Assembly (NCBI GenBank): GCA_002633005.1
Contig: NMRA01000333.1
Span: 1 to 64,000, forward strand
Length of the DNA stretch: 64,000 nucleotides
Origin: Phoronis australis
Lineage: Eukaryota; Animalia; Phoronida
Direction of reading: 5' to 3'
Shown: piece by piece, positions 49,526 to 61,700 of the stretch
Layout: each line of letters starts with the position of its first letter
Position numbering within the stretch: position 1 is the stretch's first letter
The notes under the pieces: generated by a model
Databases searched by the model: none
What the model was told of the DNA's origin: nothing
What the model saw: only the letters and a program-made list of their open reading frames with translations
Position numbers and translations under genes: made by a program

Positions 49526-49768
49526 ATGCACGCACTCAGCCTTCAATATGGGGGGGTTAAATTACTGACTTTGTGGACCTTTTTGGTAAAATTAAGCGTG
49601 CGGACTAAAAAAACGGGACACCACTGTGAATTGCGCGTTTGTGCTTGTTTAGTGGACTTTTGTCTCATTTTCTCGGACTTTTTGTTTATCAGAGGCGGAC
49701 ATTTTTGCCCACTTCGCCAAATGGGGTGCTCGTTCGAGCCCACCGAGACCCCCCTGGGTGCAGGCATG
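49526..49768. mobile_element. MITE copy (CATGCGC family) between two diverged direct repeats
   Basis: CATGCACGCACTCAGCC ... GGGTGCAGGCATG. Flanks ~49260-49505 and ~49890-50108 are similar to each other (TCATTTCTTA.AAGATTA.CTTCTAATTG...ATGTAAATC.GAAACCAAC). Confidence 0.65.
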
Positions 49769-51305
49769 AAATTCGTTTACCTTGATTTAATTACTAATTT
49801 CTTTTTAATCACCTGTTAGGGACTTTAAACAACAAAATTTTGTACAGAAGTCAAAAAGCAATGTATTTATTGCCATTTGAATTTTGAGTAAAATTTTTGG
49901 GAAGTGTGCAAATTTCATCAATGTTTTTGAGAGTTATTTTAGATTAACCTAAAAGCGTCCAAGTGCACTTTACTATTTGGAGATTGGATTATACTAAATT
50001 CCGTAAATAGTCATCATTTCTTAAAAGATTAACTTCTAATTGCCAAACATCATCAATTAACCAGTCGGATTTCTTAGATACATAAGCATGTAAATCCGAA
50101 ACCAACGAATTTTGTTAATCAGCAATTTCCGCAGGCATGCTCGCGGACTTTTTGACGGGTAACCGGGGGAATATGGGAGATTGGGTATTCATAGTGAGGT
50201 GCATTTTTGCTCTTTGCGAGGTATCTATAACGGTTCACGAATTTAGCTTGACCTCAAAAAAACGCTGAAATGTTTGTTTAATTTGTTTATTATTGCAAGT
50301 ATTTGGGTACTCTCGTTCGACATGAACACGGTCACCCCAATGTTAGCCTCGTCAACAGTGTTTTCCACATGTGGGAATTCCTTACAAACAACTCATAGTA
50401 ACTATCTTCAAAAGAGATACTATTCTTGTGATACATTGGAAATAGTAACTTTATTTTATAATTAACCAACGGAAATAGTCCTTTTGTGTAATTAAAAAAC
50501 AGCAGTCTTCACGTTCTTTAAAGTTCATGACTCCCTTTAAATGGCTGTCGATCCTATTGCATTTTTTCACATTTTTTGGTTGTTTGGGTCAAATGTCTTC
50601 TTAATGCTGTGTTGTGCACGAATGTTTTGTGTTTTTTGTTGAATTTCGAACTGCAACTTCACTCGTGAATACTTGGCAGTGTCGGATTTAAATGTAAAGA
50701 AGGACAAAGGGACATTTCTCCGAATTGCTCCACCGAGAGAGGGTCCCGTCTGAAATGGGCAATGACGGATCTAGGATATCACAAGGGTGGGCCCAACATT
50801 TTGTCCGGCTGTATGCATTTGCGCAAACTGAACCACGATTGTAGATACGCATAGCACCGCCCAGGAAATTTTTCTGTTTTTACCTCTAAAAATCAAGCAT
50901 TTTCCTTGATTCCTGAAGTATTATTCAAGAAAAAAGGCAAACAAAAAACACGGAGAACGTGTCAAACAGGAAAAACTGAAAGTACAAGACTCGAACTCAC
51001 GACCAGGCGGCTAGAGCGCGCGTGCGATAACACTACACCACCACGATTTAACTACTAATCTCATGATATTAAAGAGGAAATTGCAAGGTCCAAACCAATC
51101 TGAACAACAATATGGTCTAAATTCTAGTTTATAATTATCATTGCTATATTCTTAACATTAACTGAATTGTACGCCGCTATACAAAGTTATTTACATATTT
51201 AGTGCCGTGGTGTTGTAACGCCATCGTTGTAACGGAGAATAGAAACGGCGCCATTTTCGTTCGTTACACATATGTGACGTGGTGTTGGGGAACACAAAGG
51301 AAGCA

Positions 51306-51592
51306 ATGTGTGTCCAAGTGAGTACAGCAGCGTAGATGAGGAATACTTTGAACGATACAGGGAAGGACAGGTGGACTTTTCAGATGATCCCGACCTTTCG
51401 GACGTGGAGGTGGAGGTGACAGATCCCAGAGGAACAATATGTGTTCACAGCTTTTCTGTAGTAGAGCCGTTCTCCCTCGATCCCTGTCACGGCCCTTTCT
51501 CTAGTCGCCGAAGACTCACTCCCAGCGGGTTCGTCCTGTGAACGTCAACAGGCTGAAGGTGCGCAGGAGTTGCGATTAGATGTTAGTGATTG
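51306..51592 (+). pseudogene. Possible first exon of a transposon accessory gene (P2X7-C-terminal-like / KolX-type)
   Basis: Acidic N-terminus, VVEPFSLDP and RLDVSDW ending at a GTAAG donor, resembling the P[YF]xFEP...RL..xxW(CxCGxC) pattern. Truncated at the N at 51609. Confidence 0.3.
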
Positions 51593-51679
51593 GTAAGAAT
51601 ATTATCAANCCTTAGAAGGAAAAGCTAAATCCATCAGTCATGCAAATTTGTTTGCGTAAAGCGCTACCTGTTGAGAATT

Positions 51680-51850
51680 CGACTAGCCAATCAGAAACGC
51701 CGGTGTAAAAAAATTCCCGAGGAAAATTAAGTGATACCGACCACCCAGCGGCACGCAGGGAACCAGCGAGCAGTTTTTTTAAAAACGTTGATTGACTTTT
51801 CTTGTATCGCCCTCTATTGGAGGTGGACCACAACATTTTGACGTCACAGG
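51680..51850 (+). promoter_or_regulatory. Candidate ATF2-family gene promoter with CCAAT boxes and a full CRE
   Basis: AGCCAATCAG at ~51686, ATTGG at ~51816 and TGACGTCA at 51839-51846, about 0.9 kb upstream of the first coding exon. Confidence 0.45.
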
Positions 51851-52760
51851 CAGCCATTAGTGTTTTGATGATGTGGGAAAAGTGGTCGATTTAGTTTTGA
51901 GTAAGTTTTATTTGGTACTTTGCGTTTATCAAATCGCCGTTTTCGTATGTTTATATATATATGCTTAGGATTAACTGTTTTGATATTACCAGAAATTAGA
52001 TCAAAGACATTGACTGTGTTCCACACGGACGACACCAGATTACTGGGAAGTTGAGAGAGTTAACACCTAGTCTAAATAAACAGGTAAAGGTTCTACACCT
52101 AGACACATTCTAATCCAGTCTGTACGCGGGAAGATTTTCTGCTTAACCCTGGCCAAACCATTGTTGTATATGTGTTCCCGGCACACCATTTTAGCTTTCA
52201 CAGTGCTCTAAATTTATGTAATTCATCGCGGTGTTTGTTGTCATACACTGACTGATAGACGACTTTGTACCCTCATAAAAAGTTACTCATCACACAATAT
52301 AGGCAACTTGTTGTCCCTCGCCCTCTGTTGGCCAGTTAGGGGCTACAATACTTCCCATCATTTTCTGTACGAATTTCGTCAAAACTGTTTCCGTTGCTGT
52401 GTACTAGCAATGTCTTTTGATTCAGCACTGATGTGTATTAATCTTTGTAAATGTATATTTGTATGAGTTCTTTAGTATATCTTTCCCTACCTGTCTGTAA
52501 TTAATCTCCCTCCAATGTTTAGTGCATCTGCTACAGTGCTAATGTTTCTTTTGTGCAGTTGTTTCTACCTCACATCAGAAGTAAACCTTTTAAATTTATT
52601 ATTTACTTACTTACTTACTTTACCAAGCTGTTGTTGATGTCTTGCGATTTTGGTTTCGCAGATTCAGCCTCGCTCACCAAGAGAGGAGTGTACAGTCCGT
52701 CTTTCTGTGTGTCATCAGAGGTGAAGATATTGGCGGGTTTCAGGCCCGCTCCTGACTTTC

Positions 52761-55700
52761 ATGATGTCTGACGTTGACAAACCGTTTGCGTGTTCACAGC
52801 CTGGATGTGGTATGGTAAGTCAGTCAGTCAGCACAGATCAGCAAAGCTGTTTGGGAATCTAGACCAGAGCCATGTTTACTAAGATGAAGTCTAGGAAAAC
52901 CAGGCATTTAGGATTTTGCGAGTCAACGTGTAATTGGAGTGTTTGGTCTAGTCAAGTGTTCGTGGCTTTCCTTGACGTCACCTCTTAAAGTCCTAGAAGC
53001 ACACATTTTTAACCCTTATTAAATGGTTAGAAGACATTATAAGGAACCAAGCAGTACTTATCCCATAACCAATACACAATCGGTAGTCGAAGAAAATTTA
53101 AATAAACGCGTCACTCACGATTCCGACCCGAAGATCACACCGCCATTGTGAACTAACCGTGAAACCAGAAGTACAATTCATTCAGGAACCCAGGCTTAGT
53201 ATACGCTGTCTGTGCAACTGGAGCAGTGTCTGTTACCAGCATGCAAACAGGGATAAAATAATCGACAGCAGACCTCAGCTTTAATAAAACTAAAATATGG
53301 ACAATTTGTTCTGAAAATATTGACAAAATGTGGTAAAATCAATTTTGAGAAATTATTTTGCCAGGCTCGGACCTGCAGCCGATGACCCGGTGCAGACCGA
53401 TCGAGACCAGTCGCACTGACAAATGACGAAGGCATGCCGTCCCCGGCTGTTTTATCGGAATAAGTGGTTCAAATCATAAATGCCGTATACATGCAGAGAT
53501 AGTTTCTGACACTTGTATAAAATTACCAACTAGTAACAGCCCTGCGCTAACGATTGAATAACAACTAGGGCTGACTATGGCAGGCTAGGCTAAGCGTGTT
53601 TTACTGGGTTTAATTAACTCTGGTAAACAAACAGTATAACAGAACACCAAATATGCAAAATCAAGTTATTGAATAAAATTGCTATACAGTTAGAATATCC
53701 TGACAGCTAAACTTGCGAAAATCTGGAAAATAAATTTAGACCAACCTTGCTATGGCCGGGCAGTTGACTGCCAAGAGAATAGGCTACCATGTGGTGGCGA
53801 AATAACTTCAGGTAGAAAACTTGCCATGGTGCCAAATGGTATAATATAAGTATTTATGAGTTTAACGTAAAACGAATAATTCCCACTTACGACATTCAAC
53901 TCATTGACTAAAATTCACTACACTCCCTTCGCCCCGATTTGCAGCACAGAATTTTTATATTTAGACAACAGAGGTATATATTGTATTAAGTTTGTTTTTG
54001 TGAGGTTTGAAAATATATTTTCCCTGATAATTGAAAATCAAAGCCAATTTAGCAAGTGATTATTTTCCCACCAAAGAGTGACGGCGACTGCAGGCTGGGA
54101 AAGTATCGGTACTTCGCCGGTTATTGTGTCCTGGCAGCAAAATCAAGCACAGATGTGGAGCTCACTGTTTTGAGATCAAACCTGTTTTTGTTTGTCGAGA
54201 CATTGTTGTCATGTGAAAGGTTTTTTTTCCATTTTACATTTTTAACGGCTAGTTAAGCCAGTGCCAGTTTGCTGCCAATCACACGTCGGGTAGTCACCGT
54301 GACACGGCAAAGTGCTCACTTCAGGCTGGTACTTTGCATCAATTTCACAATATGGCGATAAAGATAAGGCATTTGTTGGTCAAGAAACTATTTTCCCTCT
54401 AATTTATTACCTGAAGCAGAACTGTTGCTGAAATTTGACGTACCCTCGCGATGAGTCAGGGCTGACCTCAGTAGCCGAGCGTTGGCTATGGAAACTTTGC
54501 GACGGTACTTCATAAACTTATATGATTATGCGTTTAATACCATTCGTCATAAGCAAAGAACAGGTAAAATTTGGACAAGAAATTATCAAGTTTGTATAAA
54601 AAGAACCAAAATGGGAGTCAAAAACAACCAAGCAAAGTAACAACACATTACGCTCACGGTGATGTCAAAACGTTTTCATGGACAACATGACTGACATTCA
54701 GGAATCGTTCTTGAACTGACACACAGGAACAGGTAACGGAAATAGACAGGAATAGTCAATGATTTTCCGCTCTTGGCCGAGGTACAAAATTGTGCTCAAA
54801 AAGGCTTTTAGTTTGATAACAGAAAGGATGTGAACATCATGCCATGTTACACATTACTTAATTTGGTATGTATTTTTTAAGTTTTTGAACTAGAATGCCC
54901 TTTGAGATAAGGACTTTAAGTTCAAAATTCAGGGAGGTTCCCTGTTCCTATGTAGTGTGAAGCACACTAAGCGAACTATGAACAACTATAAATTCATTTT
55001 CCTTCACTGACAAAAATCAAGTTAGTGGAGAAGTGTCGCCATGTACAGTGGTCGGACTTGCCCAAGCTGTAATTGAAAGAAAATGTTCATTTCAGAATAT
55101 AAGAATCAATAAATCTATTGCTGGACTTACGGTACGTGGAGATGGCTACGTTGCGTCCTCCTCTCGAGGACTTCATCACGCCACTGAGTTGTCACGTGAC
55201 TTGTCATGTGTTCTGTCGTACATTTCAGAAGTTTACGAATGAGGATCATTTAGATGTTCACAAGCAGAAACATACGATGTCCCTGGCCTTAAACAGCACA
55301 TGCATGAACACAGAGCTGTCCGGTGTCTTGTTTGCTGGTGAGTATACATAGCTTTGCCATTTGTAAAACAAGTATCGAGAATAATTGTTGCTTGGAAGAG
55401 TGATCCAGGCAGAACAGGAAAGTTTAGGATATAATTCAATGTTGACTGATATAACTTAACTAAGGCTTATAAGTAATATTCTCCATGAAAGCAAGTAGTA
55501 GCGTGTTAATAAAACAATGACGAATTTAAACCAGCTTGACAAGTTTCGGCATTTATTGAAACACCGTCATCAGAAGGAAAAAATATATTGGCCATCTTGC
55601 TAGGCCCAACAACAAGTAATGAAACACAAACACAGTGAGTTACAGGGGAGTAACAATAGAGTTGACTAACAACGACAACAGGTGGTGTGCCAGTTGCATG

Positions 55701-58700
55701 GGGCTTGAGCATTATGATGTCATGCTTAGAGATTGGTAAGTGTTACTTAAGCTTGGTCAATATTGTGAATATTAATTGAAGCTGGTCAATATTATTCGAG
55801 AGTGGTGATCATTATTTTTGCTTGGTCAATATTATTCAAGCTTGGTGAATGTTGTGAATATTAATTAAGGCTAGTCAATATTATTCGAGAGTGGTGAACA
55901 TTATTTTTGCTTGGTCAATATTATTCAAGCTTGATCAGTATTATTCAAACTTGGTCAATATTACTCAAGCTTGGTCAATAAATCTTGACTGCTGTTGAAA
56001 CTTCACCAATGTTTTTCAACTCTGGCCAGAATTTGAATTTTTACTCTCATCAAGTTTTGGCGCTGTTATCCAACCTTGGCCATTATTATTTAGTGCAAGA
56101 GTGCACACTGACCCCAGATTAACTTGCTAGTTCTGTGAAATTTCCTAAAGGAAGATAGTTGTGGGGATTGAAACTGATGAAGAATTTAATTAGATGACGT
56201 TGCAGCAAACTAAATCAGAATATGTATTACATAGAAAATATTATGATGCGAGTGAAAATTTTTATTAGTAATGAAACATGTCACTGTCCCAAAGTACAGT
56301 GAGAACAAATTATGATTTCTAAAGGCCTTATCTATTTTGCAATATGTGAAAAATTGTTAATACGGGTCATTTGCTAAATTTCATTGGCTTGGTTTTATCT
56401 GGTTCCGCTTGCTAAAAGCTTTCTATTTCAGTGAGAGAGAGTTAGTCGTTAAGTAACAACTGAACTGCATGATGGAGTAGTAACAAGTGTAGTCTTCAGT
56501 TTGACGTAGTTTGGTGTCTTTTCACGTCCTGAGATGCTGAGGCAATGGTCGTAGAAAGGATACTTAGCCTCAAATTGTTCAGAATTTTAAAGTTTAACAG
56601 CATCATTAGTTGAAATTACTTAAAATTAATTTATTATCTAAATTCACTAACATAATACTCTCCAACAGATCAAACCCCGACTCCCACTAAATTTCTCAAG
56701 AACTGTGATGACATCGGCCTGTTTCAAGAACTGAACAAGAATCCTTTTGAAGAGTCCTTCAAGAAGGCTGCTTCAGATCTCACAAAAGAACAGGTGGGTT
56801 CAAGATAACACTGCTATGTTACTCACTTCTGGAGTCATTTTCAAAAATATAGTTAACATTGTGAAACAGTATTTCCTTGGGATTGCTCTTTTGTTGATTG
56901 ATTATATGTTGCTCTTTTGTCGACTGTTTATTTACTGCCTTAACACCCCTCTGTGGTAGTTAAGTTTCACCTATTTCAGTCTGACCAAATAATTGCCACA
57001 ACTGGTCTTTGTTGACTATTCAAAAGCTTCTAACACTGTGCTTACAATTTCTCAGAATCGTTTGATGGTGTCTGTGGTATAAATCTTTAAAAATGATATG
57101 GCATTGGTGCTACTTAACTTTTTTAAATAATATGAAAAAATAAAATTTCACTTGTCGTCCAAATTGTCTCCTGATATGATGCGATTTTACTGCATGCTCA
57201 TCAGTATTTTGGGTTTTTAGTTCTTAAATGTGTTCTCGTTTTTCGTACTTCAGTCAGTTGACACGCCTACAATTCCTCACCGTGGCGATGATATACGCAG
57301 TGTGATGGACTCTCCCCTTCCTGGCCCTCAGTTGTTACGGACACCAAGCATTACCGTAACGGACACTTCCGTGTCAAGTGAAGCAGAGACGCTCCTGCAA
57401 CCAACAGTGACCTCTGCTGGTAATTAATGGGAACTGTGACAGCCGTTTCCTCGCCTAGTTGCTTATTTTTTTATCAAATTGATGTTTTTAGTCTGTGTAT
57501 TTTAATAATGGCACAAGCTATCTTCAAGCCTTTGTTTTTGTGAACTTGAGATACCGCATTCGCCGTAATAACCTCCCAGGGCTCTTAGAAAAGTTCGTTT
57601 CAGGAGGGTGCGCTTATTATAACCCAAGGCCGTTGAAAGCCGGTCTCCGAAACGGGTGAAATCGGAAGCTAAGATTCATCACATTTACGCTCTGTGACAT
57701 ATCTGTAATCTATGAAAGACTTACTACAAAATCGTGGTGCATTGCTATCAAACTTTGCTGCTAAATTACCATCATTTTACAGAAAATTGTGCTGAAATCC
57801 CAGGGCGAAAACTCGCCGACTGACTGCCTCGCAATCGTCGATATGGCGACTTGAATGCTTGAATAAAAATCACCTTGTTGAAGCCTCCACTGAACTCCAG
57901 TTGATCCATGTTTAGATGTGCTGAATCATTTTGTTGAAGCCTTTTTCAGTGAAAATTTTAAAATTGAAACAACTTTTAACACAATCCAGTCCAAACTTAT
58001 TTTCAAGTGAGGCTCTTTCAACGTGGCATAAATTTTTAAGAAATAAAAAAGCATTTTAAGTCATCTTTTTAATTTGTATAAATGCACCACAAAATGACTG
58101 GCAAAGTGATTGACCCTCGACTTCTTACTAAGTTGAAAAGCATGGTTGAAAATGCAGAACTGCTGGCCATACTGTTCTCTAATCTGGTGAAAACAAACAG
58201 AAAAGAATGTTTTGATTTTTTTTCTCCATCCAGAGATTTGCTCTCGAACTCACTGTTGTTCATTTACTCATGCCCCTTTATTACAGTAAAATCCACCAAG
58301 AGGGTAGTTGGCCCCAGTCCACTGGCGGTAACCACAACTGTCGAGGCAACAGTAGCCCGTACGACGATTACCACGACGTCATCCAAAAGCCCACTGTCAC
58401 GGGCAGGCGTCCAGAGCTCCTTCACAGATACCATCACTCAGTCTCAAGTGGGACCCGCGACGACCCCCCAACACTCTCCAGTAACAACCGCGCCTCTTCA
58501 GCCCAGGGTTGTGTGAGTAGATTGTTTTCGCTTCGGCCATAGTTGTCCATGCATGTACAGTGGGAGGCAAGGTAATTGGACAAAATGCTGTTTTCCAATC
58601 ATGACAGCTAATTCTGTTATCAGCAAAAAAGGCTGCTAAATAAATATTAAGTTGGCAAACTTCTGACAGAATGACTTAGCCACCTTGCTAACTGTCTTGT

Positions 58701-61700
58701 TACTTCCCCTCATTCTCGGTCATCAGGGGAGACTACTCCGACAATGAATTCAGCTTCCACCCAGCCGTCGTGATGGGGAATTCCGGGTTACTTTATCTGA
58801 ATACTTTTGTCTTGTACTGAACATGGTTCATGTTACATGAAGTGGGAGAAAGGGCTGTCCCACAAGAGAAGGGGCTGTTCCACGAGAGACGTTTCTAGGT
58901 ACATTCACATTCTCGTTTCCAGTGGAGCCATGAATCAGAGCTTGTGGACGTAACTGAACACATAGGGCAGAAGCTAATAAATTTGTTTTTGGTTATTTGA
59001 AAGGGACTCAATGAAGTGTTTTTTGACTTGATTATAGAAATTGTTCATTTTCCAAGTGTGGATTAAGAATTTTGCCTTTTAAGTATTCTTCTGTTGTGTA
59101 TGTTTGCGCGAGAATGTGTATTAATTACTGATTGTATATCCTGATGGTGATGTGTTGCTTAATACGTTATGCAAAGAAACGGTATTAAAACTAAAGAGAA
59201 CTGACGAAAAGGTATTGTGCTGTTGAAAAGTGTTCAAACTCCAATGGTGTGTATCCACCGTGTACATTGCACAGCTGCAGCCAGAGTCCAATTTCTCATG
59301 TTTCTTGTAGACACATGACGCCCGAGATGTCAGTTCAGGTGTTACTTACTCTGCCAGGGGGCACCTCCGTGCAACTCCCGGCTTCAGCAGTGTTTAGTCC
59401 CACGGCCGGCAGTCCCGTGCGTTCCGTGTCTGGGATGCTGCCGTCACCCGGGATGTCGATGCTCAGCGCATCCCCGCAGCCTGTGCAACAAGTCCCCCTA
59501 AACCTCAAGACAAACACGGTTACCAAGGCTGCCGCTTCTTCAAGCACATCTGCATTGACAAAGCAGGTGTGTGTCTCACTCCGGTCTTTATTTAGTGTTT
59601 CATAGTGTACTGTAATGATCTCTTGCAAGTACACTGTATTTGGGTAAGGGTCCGTACAATAAACGGTTTTAAAAACTGTGTGGATCAGTGTTTGTGTCCG
59701 ATGACATAGTCTGAAGTATTAAATGGACAATGTCAAATGTGAAACTGTTGGTGAGTGGGGATGGTGAAAATCAAGTGGGGGAAGTGTTTTCAATAAACTG
59801 GGACCAAATATAAAATTAGAATGAGTGTTTAATGGAAAGAGGGCTTAATGAACAGCGGGCCAATGGCTCACTTATATTGAACTCCATCCCCATCCTTTGG
59901 CAGCACCAATGGTTGTATCTTAACAGAGTTGGCTTCAAATTTTTGTGAAGTGAGGTGGTCTACTTGCAATTTTGAGACATATGTTGCTAGGCTACAACAG
60001 GTCATGAATCTCGTTTGCAGAAGCTGAAGGCCGCTCTTTGCCAGAACAGTATGTTGAAGGAGAGTGCCAAGTCACCAACAGAGGGCAGCTTGACAGTGAC
60101 TCCTGGTCAATCAGACTCGGAACCGTCAACTCCGGATAACACAGTCGACACTACCACAATGTGAGTGGATAATGATTGATCTTGACACAAGATGTTGCTA
60201 CTATCTTGTGTGTTTAATGCAGTTTCAACATGCTCAGTGCTAAGTCTTGTATAAATATTATTAAAGCTGTCTGTAAAATTTTGGTCCATTTGCTCCAACG
60301 TCTGTGTTGGAGTCGATTTGCACGTTCTGAACTTCAACTAATCGATTTTTGTTGAAATTTTAACTCATTAGGGTTTATGCATTGTGTCGAATCCTGGATC
60401 GTTTCTGATGATCCCATAGTTCTAATTCAAAATATAAAGTTTGCAGTTTCAATGCAGGGATCATTAAGTGGAAATTGGGATTTGACATCTGTGCACTAAA
60501 CTATTATGTTCTCAATCACAAAATTAAAGGCTGTTATTTTGAGCTTAAGTAAACAAATAAAATATCAATTTAAGATAATTTGGGCTTCGCTTTCAAGTTT
60601 TGAGCCCTGGTTGGCGATTTCTGCATTATCATTGAGCGTGACAAATTCTGTAAATTATTGTGTTGATATATGTTGACAGTTGTTATTATAGTTTTGGCAA
60701 CAGATGATTGCAAATACACTTAACAATGAATTAGATTATATAATAATTCCTGAACCTTACCATCTCAATGTCACTTTCGTAAGTTAGATAGTCCTTCTAA
60801 AATTTAAACAGGAATGCATTTTTTGTGGTTTGGTGACTAGTGATTATGATAGTGAAATTGTCTAAAATTTTGAAATTACTCTCCATTTCCTTTTTGATTT
60901 TTGCATTTTATGTTAAGTCGTAATGATAAGTTGCTGATAAAGCTTTAATGATGACTTCGCTCAAAATCTTAAGTTTCTCGTTCTTGGTACCAGAGTTATG
61001 TTGTTTATTCTGTTTTACATTTTTTTAAGTGTTCCTTATGAACACAGTGTGTCTCTGCATGTGCGTCTGCATCCTGAATGGCCAGTCACTTGTCATAGTT
61101 AACCCGTGTTCCGTTAACTTCCAGTGGTAGTAAACGCCGGTTGACGTCAGACTCGGAGTATGACGAGACAGATCCCGACCTCAAGAGGTTGAGGTTCCTA
61201 GCCAGAAACAGGTAGAATGAACTACTAGTCCGTGTTTATCGTTGTTTTGTTATAAACCCGCATGTTGATATCGTGCAATTTTTAGTCTTAACCCTTATCC
61301 TGCACTAGGCGTGGTCAGCCGACCCGCCAATTATCCTATTACAGTACGATGGGTGTATTCAATCGACTATGATAAGCTGCAGCTGGGCTGCACAAGGAGA
61401 GTGCACTCACCCCAGGACACTTGTGACTTTCATTTAGAAATTGTGAGAGCCCTGGAATGTTTAGATATGTGAGCATGGGAATTTCATAGTTCACAGTTTC
61501 CTCTACATTTCTCTGATTTAAACCATATGGCTGCCATTACTAGTTTGGGAGATATTGGCAGGTTTATGTAAGTGTAGACACATACTAGTTTCATCATGGC
61601 TGGAGCAAGACGTGAGAGGATGACTGTGGATAAGTTTGTTTTCACTGAGACTATGATGAAGATGTACATATGATGAAAATCTCCATTAAATTCTGAACAA

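Noticed and set aside
50984-51045. tRNA gene on the minus strand (A/B-box-like), with similar fragments at ~35175-35225 and ~62070-62105
   Set aside because: No complete cloverleaf could be formed. At most these are decayed tRNA-derived SINE heads.
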